A DNA stretch of 64,000 bases. Source: Dipteris shenzhenensis (lineage: Eukaryota). The stretch is from NCBI GenBank assembly GCA_047967505.1, contig CM106538.1. The stretch is one strand, 5' to 3'. Numbering within the stretch: position 1 is the stretch's first letter; every line of letters begins with the position of its first letter. Below, one piece after another: positions 37,860 to 49,869 of this stretch. The translations under genes were made by a program, and so were the position numbers. The notes under the pieces were generated by a model, which saw nothing but the letters and a program-made list of their open reading frames with translations, was not told the DNA's origin and ran no database searches.

Positions 37860-39521
37860 TGGCTTGTGTCTAGTGAATGCTTCATAAGGTGTCATACCCT
37901 AAATTGGTTTGATTGGAAGCCGATTAAGCAAGTAGTTTACTATGGCAATCTACCCAATACTAGTTTGGAAGATACTTCTCAATGAGCATTACTCTAGCAC
38001 TGTCTACTAAGGCACCGTTCTTCCTTTCAGCTCTTGCATTCTGCTGAGGAGTATCTGCACAAGTGAATTATCTTTGAATGCCATTACTTCTGCAGAAGTT
38101 CATGAATGCTGAAGATGTGTATTCACTTCCTCTTTCTGATCTCATGACTTTGATCTTTCTGCCTGTTTGGTTCTCAACCATGGCCTTGAATTCTTGAAAT
38201 CTAGAAAAGACTTCAGATTTCTCTTTTAGAAAGTAGACCCAACAATATCTGCTATAATCATCGATGAAAGTCAAGCAGTAAAGTGAACCATTGATGTTGC
38301 GGTTCTGGGCATAACCCCATACATTTGTTTGAATCAAATCAAGAACTGCTCTTGCTCAAGAGGTGCTTCTGCCAAAATTGGTTCGCTTTTGTTTACCAAA
38401 GCAACATGCTTCGCAAACTTTTCCACGAAACTAAAGTTTTGGAATTCCAATTACCATATTTTAATTTTTGATTTCTATCAAGCTTTTGAAATTGACATGT
38501 CCATATCTCTTGTGCCATACTATAAAAAGTGGCATCTATTGCGGTTGAGATGACATGGCATGCAAATTTGGTAGTACTGAAGTTAGCATTATGAATAAGA
38601 GTCCTTCATTGACTGGTTTTCCTACTAGCTAATATTCTCTAGATTTATCTCTGATAGTGCATTCATCTCCATTGAAAATTCCTCGGTAGTTCTGTTCCGT
38701 CATTTTCCCAACTAATAAGAGGTTCTTGCTGAGCTTTGGAACATAGAGTACATCTTTCACCAATCCTTTCATACCATTGAAATTGTTCATAGGGACAATG
38801 CCATTCTCTTGAATTGAACTCGGTGTATTATTTGCTGTTTAGATGATATTCTTCTATCCTTCTAATGGTTTCATCTCTGTGAACCATTCCTGATACTTTG
38901 TCATATGAGATGATGCACCGATGTCAATGTACCAAGGATCTTGATCTGGTTAATTGACTTGATAACTACATTCCCCTCTTGAATTGCAGTATATGTCAAG
39001 ACATACTATTTCAATCTTCTACATATCCTCACTTGCAAGAAACATATTCTTAGGTTCATTGGCATAATGATTGTGACTTGAATGTCCACCGCTATGATTT
39101 CCTCTTTCTCAAAAATTGCCTTGATTACTGTTGGACTGACCGCTTTTTAAAAAAGAATACTCCACTTATTTCTCATTTGTGTACAATGTTACTCACTTTA
39201 TGTGCCATAGTGTCCCTTGAAGGACTAGATTCACTTGCATGACTGCAAATCCTTGCCAACACCCATGGAAATAAATATCAACTTGATCTTACAATATTTA
39301 TCCATACAATCACTCTATTAATTCTTTATTAATAGCTTCATCTATTTGAAAATCAAATAGATCATCTTTTATGATAGTTCTAGTGATACATAGAGCTTAT
39401 TGAAGCTTCATCCACAACAACACAATGCATCCATAGACTCATGTATAGACGTGTTTCTTGAATTTTAAAAAAAAGTGACACATCTGGTGAGGAAGAATTC
39501 CTACGTATCCACCATTGAAAA

Positions 39522-42500
39522 ATGTGGTTGGAGAAAAAAATCAAATGTATGTGTGATCAATGTCAAGGAAACATGTATCATTCATGTAGAATTACACTCA
39601 ATCACATCTCAAAGTACGGAGAATGGGATGCAACTGTATCCATGGTAAGTGTTAAAGCATTGAGGTTGATTGAGATACCTATGGGTGTTCAAGTGTTTGA
39701 TATATGATCCTTTTCTAATTTGATACAGGAGGCAGTGCCACACCCGCATATGTTGCCCTATGCTCATCGTGAGGATGCGAAGCATCGGCAATATGAGGTG
39801 GGATCTTCAGGAGGGACCATTATGGATGCATGGAGTGATGGTGATAGTAGCCCTCCACCATTACCTCATGAGGCCGTGGAGGAGGAGGTATTCGATGATA
39901 TAGTGCGAGATTTATTTGCCTATCAATCCTCAAGTAGGCATGATAGCATGGAGCAGAATGATCTTTTTACTGCAGCATCGACATTAGTGTTTGAGAGATG
40001 AACATTCTCGATTCTACGTGCCTCCCTTGAGTTACTAAACTTGTAGACCAGGAGCAATGCAAGTTTGAATGCATTACTCAAGTAAGCTTTAAAGTCTATT
40101 TTGCAAACATGGTGATGCTAGTGGGTCAATTACTAGAATACTTTTTCTCATTTATGGTCTTCACGTGCAAGCTATTGTCTAAAATGCTTCCAAGGGAGAA
40201 TAAATTACCGACCTCCAGAGATATGCCAAGGCAACATGTGACCCCTCTTGGAGGGTTTGATCACAAGCGCATCCATGCATGCGTCGATGATTGTGTTCTT
40301 TTTCGTGGACCACATAAGGAGGCAAGAGAGTGTCCTACTTGTGGCGAGGCAAGATATAGAACAGATCTCAAAACTTTGGATGTGCCTCGTAAGGTTCTAT
40401 GATATTTTCCCATAATCTCTCACATCCAACATATGTTCAAGTGCAAATCCATTGCAGAGCTCATGTCATGGCATTCCTCCCATCTATCAACCGATGGCAA
40501 GTGGAGATCTCCCACAAACACTCCTGCGTGGAAGCATATTGAAGACACATGGCCAAGCTTCAAGGAAGAACCTAGGAACTTGAGACTTGGATTGGGTATG
40601 GACGGTGTGAACCCATTTGGTCTCAAAAGAACCTCTTACAGTGTATGGCCAGTGATATTGGTGAATTATAATCTTCTACCCTCTATGGCAATTAAGAAAG
40701 GACATGTTATGTTAACCCTTCTAATTCCAAGGAAACATAAAGTCAAAAACCCAGATGTTTATCTCGAGCCTTTGATTGATGAGCTGGAGATACTTTAGAG
40801 AGGTATCGAGGTGCATGACATGAGCAGGTCTCCCTCATCACAGGAGACTTCAACTGCAAGGCAGTTTTGATGTGGACGATGCATGACTTTCCAAGCTATG
40901 GCGAGTGTTCAGGTATGCATTGAACTTTTAATTATGAGTAGGCAATCGATGTGGCACCGTAAACCATTAGGAAAAAAGGGAGCTCATTTTGGGGCCTTTT
41001 AGGGTTTAGAAAGGCTCTCGACCAATCAGAAGGGGGCCAACATAATGTTGGAAAAATACCAAAAACCATGTAGAAATATAAAATAAGTCATATTCAAGAT
41101 CTATTTTTTTAATTATGTCTGACATATGTGATCTTCAAAAGATGATTTTCTATGTAGAATTTGATGATTCTAACATCACCAGTGTAGGCCAGCTGTGGCC
41201 AAATCACGTTTTAGTGCAAATCCCCCATTTCGGGCATTTTTGCCCTTTTTTGAGCCCCCGAGCGTTGGTTTTCGGTGTCTCCAGGGTCAATTAGGGGGTT
41301 TGGGCCCATTCCGGAAGCGCTGGTGATGTCAGAATCATTTACTTTTGCATAGAAAATCAAGGACCTTATATATGCATTTAATGTGAAGCCTGAGTACTAG
41401 ACTGACATTTTTGTAGTAAGTATTTGTATTTGATGGAATTTCCCATATTTTGAGTGCAACAAAAATAGGTAAATAGTGAATTTCTTAGAGGGCCCCAAAA
41501 TGAGTTCCCTTCTTTCCTAATGCCACCTTGCTTATGCATTTGCATCTATTGTTTAGGCCTCACTACATCGGGTTACCATGCATGTCCTGTTTGTGGTCCT
41601 TCGTTAGTTGCTTCACGAGCAAACGCGTTGAATAAGGTTATTTATGAGAATCGCCATCGATTTCTCCCCCCTGATCATCCTAGATATGTCGCCCCTTGGA
41701 ATGAAGTCCCCCTAGAGTCACTCGCTATAGGAGATTGGATGAGAATTTGGGACCTTTCCATGACTCCTCTTCCATGTGGCATGAGCTGATAAGGGTTTGT
41801 AAGTATTGTGTGCTATATTGAATGGAAATAAATATTGCTCGCTAACACCATCTTTTGTTTAGATACTCCATCTTTAATTGGCTACCACATTGGTCCCACC
41901 TCAAGATCAATCACTTGCTTGATCCCATACATATCTTCAAGAATGTAGCATCTACCATTTGGGAACATTTGAATGGGACAAAAGATTTTGCAGGCATAAG
42001 ACAGGATCTACACACCACAGGGATGATGCATGAAGCTTGGCCACAAGAGAGGCCAAATGGGCATGTCTTTTTACCTCGTGCACCATGGAAGTTATCAAAG
42101 CTAGAGATGGTGGTGGCAGTGAAGTGGGCTATCATGACAATTCATACTCCCAGTGGATGCATGAGGTGTTTGAAGGGGGCCTTCACAAAGAGCAAAAAAA
42201 TAGGTGTAGAGCAATTATACAGCTTGAAATCTCATGATTGGCACAATATGCTCCAAGTATGACTTCGCATAATCTCTTTTTCCTTCCAAATTTGTGAGTG
42301 TAGAAGCAATTAATTAACCATCGCTCATGTGTTCAGTTCATACTACCTACTAGCATTTCTCTTATTTCTCGTAGTGCATCAAAGGACATGAAGGATTGTA
42401 TTTACAAGATGGGCAAGCTTGTGAGGTACTTCACACTATACAAAATGTGAAGCATATCTATGCGTGATGCAAGGTTTTCATATTGCTAATATGGTGCACT

Positions 42501-43800
42501 TTTTTCTTTCTAGGTATGTGAGCTCAAAGGAAATGGATCGCACCATGCTTGAGGATGCTCAAGTTATGTTAGTAGAGGTGGCTTGTTTATTGGGAGGAGA
42601 CCTTTCCACGTTCTATTCTCACAAGCCAACTACATCTCATAGTGCATTTGGTGGATGAGATTGCTATATGCAACACTGTACATGCACGATGGTTGTTCTT
42701 CCTCGAGCACTTCATGAAGACCTTTAAGGGTTTTGTGAGGCAAAATGCAAGGCCCGAAGGTAGCATGGCCGAGGGCTGGTTGGTACAAGAGTCACTTGTA
42801 TATATTTATGAGTTTCTTGTTGATGTGGATAGCTCTCTCCCACGACTATAGAGAGATGATGAAGACCTAAGAATGACCTATATTGTGCCTCAAGGGAAAG
42901 GATGGAGCAAAGTAATGGAGACGGAGTTGCTTAATAATCTAAACCTCTATTGCATGCTTAATAGTAGTGATGTGATAAAAAGATCAATGACAAGATATGA
43001 GGATGCAAAAGCAAGAAGATAAGGAGAAAGGGCCCTCTTTCGTACACACCATGAATCTTGTGTGCCATACCTTGAGCATCTAAGATCACTTCCAAAGGAT
43101 ATTCATGTGGATTGGCTACTTGACAAAATGGAGAGAGTAGAGAGAGACGAGGAGATGCATATCACAATGGAAGAATGGAAGTATGCTAGAGGGTGCATGC
43201 AAAAGGTTGGTATATAGAATGTTATGCATAAGTTAGGAGCTTTCAACAATTTATATTGTTTATTCAATTGATTTTGTCTTGGTGTAGTGTACTATGTTCA
43301 ATGCTATATGGTGTCAGGGCAAGCATTTTTGGACACAACGGATTGATGATAAGAGAAATACACAACATTGTGGTGTCATTGCTAGCTGTGAGGGAGCCAA
43401 TGGAGCCATGGATGATTATTGTGGCATAATCCAAGATATTATTAAGCTTGACTTTTGGTGCTTCTTTGTGTATGTTTTGGATGTCAAGTGGATTAAGGAT
43501 GTGGTGGAAAAAGGCTCTAATGCAACAATCAAATGCCATGCAAGTGGCTTTGTAACTATTGACTCCACAAAGTTTTGGCAAAGCAAGAATGACACACTAG
43601 TACTACCGCAACAATGTGAACAAGTACTATACACATATGTAAAAATACTCACTTTTTAATATTTGATACCTTCGATGCAAGGAAAATAACATGTTTGTTT
43701 TTGTGTTTGAATAAGGTTGTCTATCAACCAATGGTGGATAATAATAGGTGGTGGCACATCATACCTATTACGCCATGTTCCAAAGTGATGTATACACAAC
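39522..43800 (+). pseudogene. CACTA/En-Spm Tnp2-like transposase, intron-containing and degenerate
   Basis: IKCMCDQC N-terminal zinc region; IHACVDDCVLF..CPTCGEARY; RNLRLGLGMDGVNPF; DVYLEPLIDEL; GYHACPVC; LDPIHIFKNV; LKSHDWH; HLVDEI..RPEGSMAEG; DYCGIIQDII..KW; GT-AG introns. Confidence 0.92.
40965..41522. mobile_element. MITE/foldback element inside a transposase intron
   Basis: About 32-bp TIRs CATTAGGAAAAAAGGGAGCTCATTTTGGGGCC and GGCCCCAAAATGAGTTCCCTTCTTTCCTAATG; second internal inverted repeat at about 41145-41185 and 41318-41356; TSD not resolved. Confidence 0.8.
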
Positions 43801-43817
43801 AAGACAAAGAAACTATA

Positions 43818-44280
43818 TGTTGAGAGATCATGATCAACATCATGTGATCATATATGCATAGCACAATCATGTGATCATATGTGCATAGCACTAACCCAAT
43901 AGAGTGCTATAAAGGAAACAGTTAGATGCCCTAACCCTAAACAGGTTTGTATATATTCTACATTTTCAACTAAATCTAGTGTAGAGTTAGTCATTTGTGG
44001 TGTGCTCTCTAGCTGTGCCCTCTCTCCTCATATCCACTCTTCTCCTCTCCCCTCTTCATATTTTGTCGTGGTATCAGAGCTCCCTTGCCTTCTGCTGAGG
44101 CATTGCGATTCTTGAGAGAGATTGTGTGATTGAGAGATTGAGTGTTTCCATCCTTTCATTCCATTGATGAAAGAGATTTCCGTCCATTTGATTGAGAGAG
44201 AAAGTTTCCATCCACTATTCTTTTTGTGTGAGAGAGAGTTCTTTTGGAGAGATTTCCTCTCTGTGAGAGAAAGAAAGATG
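43818..44280 (+). mobile_element. 5' LTR (43818-44068), Met PBS and leader, with the LTR of the Copia family at 27662 and 32672
   Basis: Reverse complement of LTR 27662-27918; PBS TGGTATCAGAGC at 44069-44080. Confidence 0.88.
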
Positions 44281-45085
44281 TAGATGTTCCTTCATATCTA
44301 CGTGTGACTAAGGTGCCTTGAACTATAAGGTACTCTTATACATTGTCTGCTAGTTAGAGCTCGTTGACAACAAAGGCAGAGGGAGTTATCTGGAAGGAGT
44401 TCACAAAGCATTAGCCTATTCTATTCGATAACCTAAGATTCTACAACTATCTGAAGCCAGGAGATCCCCCTCTGTGTGAGATCCTCTCCTCCCTTGATCT
44501 TGAAATCATCACATATGGGAGCTCCTCACTCGCTATTTTGCTTTGTTGTAATCCCGAAATTTCTTCCATTGATCCTATTCTATACTGATCCAATCTAAGA
44601 TGTTTGATTCTCTGACTTCCTGTCTAGGAACCCTTTTTTTATCTCCTCTCATGGCTCCATTGGAAGATCGCACCAACAAGCCGTGAAATAGCACCTTGCA
44701 CATTGAAGTTACAGCAAAGTATACTACGACTCATCAATGCCATGGCCACAAAATTGTTGACAAAGAGACATTAGACTAACTACGACAACATGGAGCAAGG
44801 CATGTTGACTCATGCAATGTTGGTGCTTCTCCTATGTTTGAAAATGTGACAAGGTTGATTCAATCTTACTTGGCTATTGTAAATGCCTCAGCCATTCCAA
44901 TGCTAAAGCACAATTTGCTGAAGCTCACTTATGGAGGATGGAAGAAGAGATTAAAGGACTTAAAGATACAATGAAAAACCTCCATGAACGACTCACCCAA
45001 GAATTAAAAAAACTTGGGGATTCTGAACTTGCAAGAGCAAGGTCACAAGAGACAATCGCAAGATTAATTGATGATAAGAACAAAT

Positions 45086-46466
45086 TGTGATACAGCTCGC
45101 ATTAGGCAGCAAGGGTATAGAATCCTTTATTGCCAAGATCAATCCATGTTAGAAATGTCAGGAAGTAAAAAAAATCTATTGTCCAAGACTTATTGGGTGG
45201 GTTTATACACATTTCAGAAAGCAAGATGTTGGAAGGCACAATCAAGATCACGAAATGCAAACTGAGCAAAATAAAAGTTGGACAAACAACCAAAGTGACA
45301 AAGGAAGGACCAAGTATCTTTTAGTACATGGAGTGTAATAATGTCTTTCTAGATGTACGCAGGGTCCAAGCTACAATGGTAAAGTTTTACAATATGAAAT
45401 CATGGGGTGAGTTGCATTTTGATTTTTTAGTTGAGTCATAATTTTAAAATTTTCTTTTCTAATGGTGTAAATCTTATAACTTTTCATATTGTGAAGGTGA
45501 GTTGGTGTTTTTTATCAAATTGGATGAGTGTGAAGTTGAAAAAGGCCACAAATTGGAGAGGGTTAGTTTTACTTTAATGAACAAAGCCCTTATACATGCC
45601 AACAAAGATAAGGAAGTTTCAAAATATTTTGGGGTGCAATGAGAAAGGTGCTTTTGATAGCTTGCTACATTTGAACTTCCTAAAGAGAGACACTCATTTT
45701 TGAGATGGGTCTTTGATAGATCTCCAAATCCAAGTGCCATTGATGCCCAAACAAAAGGGGAGTTGCTTTAAGTTGAAGGGTTTGGATCCTTCAGAGTTGA
45801 TTGGTGCATGGTAGGGGAGTTTAGAGTTTATAATCTAGAGCTTGGGGTCTAGGGTCTAGGATATAAGGTTTAGGGTCTAGGGCCTTGGGTTTAAGGTTTA
45901 GGATGTAGGACTTATATAGGTTAGTGTATGAGCTTAAGCCTTTTAGAGTCTAGAATCTAGGGTTTAGGTAAGTTCTAAGTTAAAGTTTAAGATCATGATT
46001 AGGGTTTAAGGTCTAGGATGTAAGATCTCTAATTTAGGATCTGTTATTTGGAGTTTACAGTCTAGGATTTGGGTCTAGGGTTTAAGATGTAGGGTTTGGG
46101 GTCTATAGATTAGGATTTAGTATTTGGGAATGTTTTCTTTTCTTGATTTGTGCTAAAAGTTAAGTATTTCTAATGTTAATAATTTGATGAATCTAAATGA
46201 GATTGAAAAGTATAGGATAACATATTGTATGCTTTGTTCCAAACAAATGTTGTATATTATGTGGCATCCATATAAGAACCATGGTATATCCTATGTGGTA
46301 GCCACATAGAGCACATGTGCATCCACAATATATTATGCAATCAAATGGTCTATCTATACAACACCTATATGTTGAATTTAATAAACTCTTTCAAATCAAA
46401 CAGTGTATGTATACACTAGCTATTAGGACATATTTGTGTGGAGGTGACCATATCAAATTTACCATC
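45086..46466 (+). repeat. 1.4-kb LTR-like repeat, copy 1, with a telomere-like array
   Basis: Colinear with 56161-57552; followed by PBS-like TGGTGTGAACCCC at 46469; degenerate TTTAGGG/TCTAGGG units at about 45815-46125. Confidence 0.75.
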
Positions 46467-48099
46467 TTTGGTGTGAACCCCTTGAGATGTCGAGGCCCTT
46501 GGTAGTACATTCCAATAGCCTAACTATATAGGTACTTAGAAGATGAGTTCAAAATAGGATGGCGGGCTTCCTCCAAATACTCTATTCTATCTTATTATAA
46601 TCTTTATAGTTTAGAAGGAATTGAGTCTACCTACTCTCAGAGAAAGTGGAGCCTCATAGAGCCTCATCTGAGGCTAGCCTTAAAGAATGTCTAAGCATTG
46701 AGTTTGCAACTTTCTTGTTTGTATCTGGGTGGTTCTATTCTATAATACAAGTGTTGTTTGCTATCTTTGAGTACCCTTCTCATTCTTACAATGCTATATT
46801 CACTACACACGACCAATTACCCATCTCCACATGGTTTTGCCATGCAACATAGACCCACTATTAGATATCAATGTCCAATTCTACATCGCAAGCACCATAT
46901 ATAGTTTTCACACATTGAGGAATCATAGGAGGCAAGAGAGAGCATCTTCATGCTAAGCACTCTGCATAGACCTGTGCCAAGCACTACTTCACAGGTTAAT
47001 GGAGGGGTAAGGAATTAACACTATCAATAAAGATTGTCCAGATGGTATTTGTAGGGAACCTCTTGGGATCTCTACACTTTTTGTAGGGGATGTCAAAGGT
47101 TGAGGCTTTTCTAGATCATGATTTTGCAAGTATGATTAGATCTTCTTTAGAGAGAATTTTGGTTATCCCCATCCTATTAGATTCATCAAACCATCTTTCA
47201 AGTTCAAGATATTACAACAAGAATTTTGCTGCTATTCTCCACACACATATTGGATACTCTCAACTATGGTTTTGATTCTTGTTACAATAGGGTTAAACTC
47301 ATCAATATAGATAGTTCCCTTGTTTCTTCATTTAAAAACACCTAGGATATCTTGGCACTATAGACCACCCCCTTGGCTTACCTATGAGATTGTAGAGGTC
47401 AAGGATAGAGTTCTTACTCTACATCTCTTGTCAATAATTTCTTTTCTCTTGGCATGCCACTCCCGTCATCTCTCCCATTTCTCTTGAGTGGATGCTCTAT
47501 GCCACCCCTTTTCATCCTTGATCCCTACCCAAATCTCCTAGCCTTCACCCCTATTACTACCATTTGTTTTGGTGGCTAGTCAAATGTTTTGTTTCAAGTT
47601 TGGAGGAATCAAATCCATCTAGATGTGATTTTCATTATTTCCCCCTACTTCTCTTGCTCGTCAGCACCCTTTAGCAAGGGTATGAAGTGTCTTCTTCCCC
47701 CTTTATAATCAAAAACATTGGATGTCTTTTTCCACTCCTGTGAACATAGTGGAGGGATAGGTAGATTTTTTATTTGTAGATGTTTGGGGAATGCTCCAAC
47801 TTGTTAGAGCTATATATAGGTTGCTAGTCCTCAACTATAAAAGTATATGTAGTAATGCAGTACTCAGTACTTTGGGAGCATATTGTGTCTCTTTTCTTTT
47901 TGTTCAACATGGAATTAGAGCCATGCCACATCCTTGATCTCGGATCATTATCATGATTCTATTATTGTGCCCAACCAGCACATGATTGATGCTATCATGT
48001 AGACTTATATTGTATTCTATTAGAATTTCTTCTTCCTTAGCAAATTTCCATGATTGTATAGTTTTGATTGTGAAAATTTATTAAGAGGTATAGATTCAT

Positions 48100-49869
48100 G
48101 ATAAAGTTTGCCAAAGCTTGCACAATATGGTACTGAACACAGTATTCAAAAGTATTGGAAAGGTTGGTGAGGGTCAACGTTTACTTGGGTGTAGCCAATC
48201 GCAGAACTATTTTCGAGGCCATCTTGGGGCTGCAACACAACATGCTCCTCGGTGAGACATCCAAACTCTTACTAGATGATCTATTGATCGCATGCACTAT
48301 AGTCTTCATTGCCTCAGCCCAAAAACCACTAGAAAGACTTGCATTGGGAAAGCATACATTGCAATTTTTCCTGAATGGTGCAGTTCATCTTTTTTGCAAA
48401 TGGATTTTGCTCTGGAGTACGAGGGGACGTGAGCTCCCTCTTAATCCCATGTGTATCATCACAAAAATGCTGAAAGTCATGAGAGAGATACTATCCACCA
48501 TTGTCAGTCCCTAGGCATTTAAGTGTTCTGCTTGACTGATTTTCAACTAAAGCCAGCCATTTCTTAAATACGTGGAACACATCACTCTTCTGAGACATAG
48601 CATAAGACCACACTTTCCTAGTTGCATCATCAATGAATGTCACATAGTATTCAGCCCTAGCCATTTCTTAAATACGTAGAATACATCGCTAATCGCTCTT
48701 CTGAAACATAGCATAAGACCACACTTTCCTAATTGCATCATCAATGAATGTTACATAGTATTCAGCCCCGCCTAATGACCGTGTAGGCATAGGACCACAT
48801 ACGTCTGAATACACCAAATCAAGATTTTCAAGCTCTTTCTTTCCCCTACTTTTATGGGCTTATTTATTCTACTTCCCATAGAGATAGTCTCACAAATTTT
48901 AAAATAAAAAGAACTCAAATGCGGTTCAGAACCCAAATGGCATAAGAACTTTTCATTCCATTCTAGCTCATGTGCTCCAATGGGCAATGCCACAAAGAAG
49001 TACTTGGCTGCTTGGTTATAGCAACAACATGATCAGACACCCTTGATACATGTAAGGGATATAATGTCCCACACTTGGCACCTCTTGCCAAAATCATAGA
49101 GCCCTTCTGAATTTTCCAACTCTGAAAGCCATAAATGGTCTCAAAACCAACATCATCTAGCTAACCCAATGAAATGAGACTCTTCGTTAGCTTAGGAACA
49201 TGTCTCACATTTTTTAAAACAAAAGTAGACCCATTTGCAAAACTAAACTTTATGTCACGTGCTCCCACTATGTCACATGCATAGTTATTTCCAAGATGTA
49301 CACAACCTACCTTTCCACTGTCATAAGTGGAGAACCATATACTATGGGGAGTAACATGGAATGAAGCATCAAAATCCAAAATCCAGTCCTGGGAATATGC
49401 ATCATCTGAAGTGATAAGCAACTCTATAGGGAGACAAGACATGAAGAGAATGCCATTGTCACTATCATCAGTGACTGCATTGATCTCCTCAATCTTCACT
49501 TTTCCTTTATCCTCCCTTGGACTCTCTTCTTCCTTATTTGCACCCCAATTTGTGTTCTTTTTCTTATCCTTTTGCTCTCTTTTCAGCTTGTAGCAATCCT
49601 TTTTCATGTGGCCCTTCTTGCCACAATAGTAACACTCAATGTTTTGTGCCCTAGATTTGCTATGAGACTTCCCTCTTTCTTGGGAATTCCCCCTGAAGGG
49701 TGATCTACCCCTTTGCACATTTAAGGTTGCATCTTGGTAGATGCCATCCATATACTTCCATCAAATTTTCTCAGCCAACAAGCTACCCACAACATCATCA
49801 AACTTCAATCTCAGGTGCAGAGTACTGACCATGAGGATGGCAATGAACACATCAATTTTATGAAGAAGG
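48100..49869 (-). pseudogene. Degenerate Copia gag-PR-IN fragment, host of the intact Copia; continues at 55350-55421
   Basis: CYYCGKKGHMKKDC; WILDFDASFHVT; NVRHVPKL; YYVTFIDDA.RKVW integrase motif, locally duplicated. Confidence 0.85.

Larger units (their letters stand above)
32672..39140 (-). mobile_element. Degenerate Copia (same family as 27662-28755), 5' end lost, with two nested insertions
   Basis: 3' LTR at about 32672-32861; RT KWVYKVK..RYKSRLVAKG; IN TFIDDYSRYCWVYFLK..RSERGSEY; protease WYIDIGASSHMT near 38930. Confidence 0.88.

Noticed and set aside
45815-46125. True telomere or chromosome fusion scar
   Set aside because: The array is highly degenerate and duplicated as part of a larger repeat.
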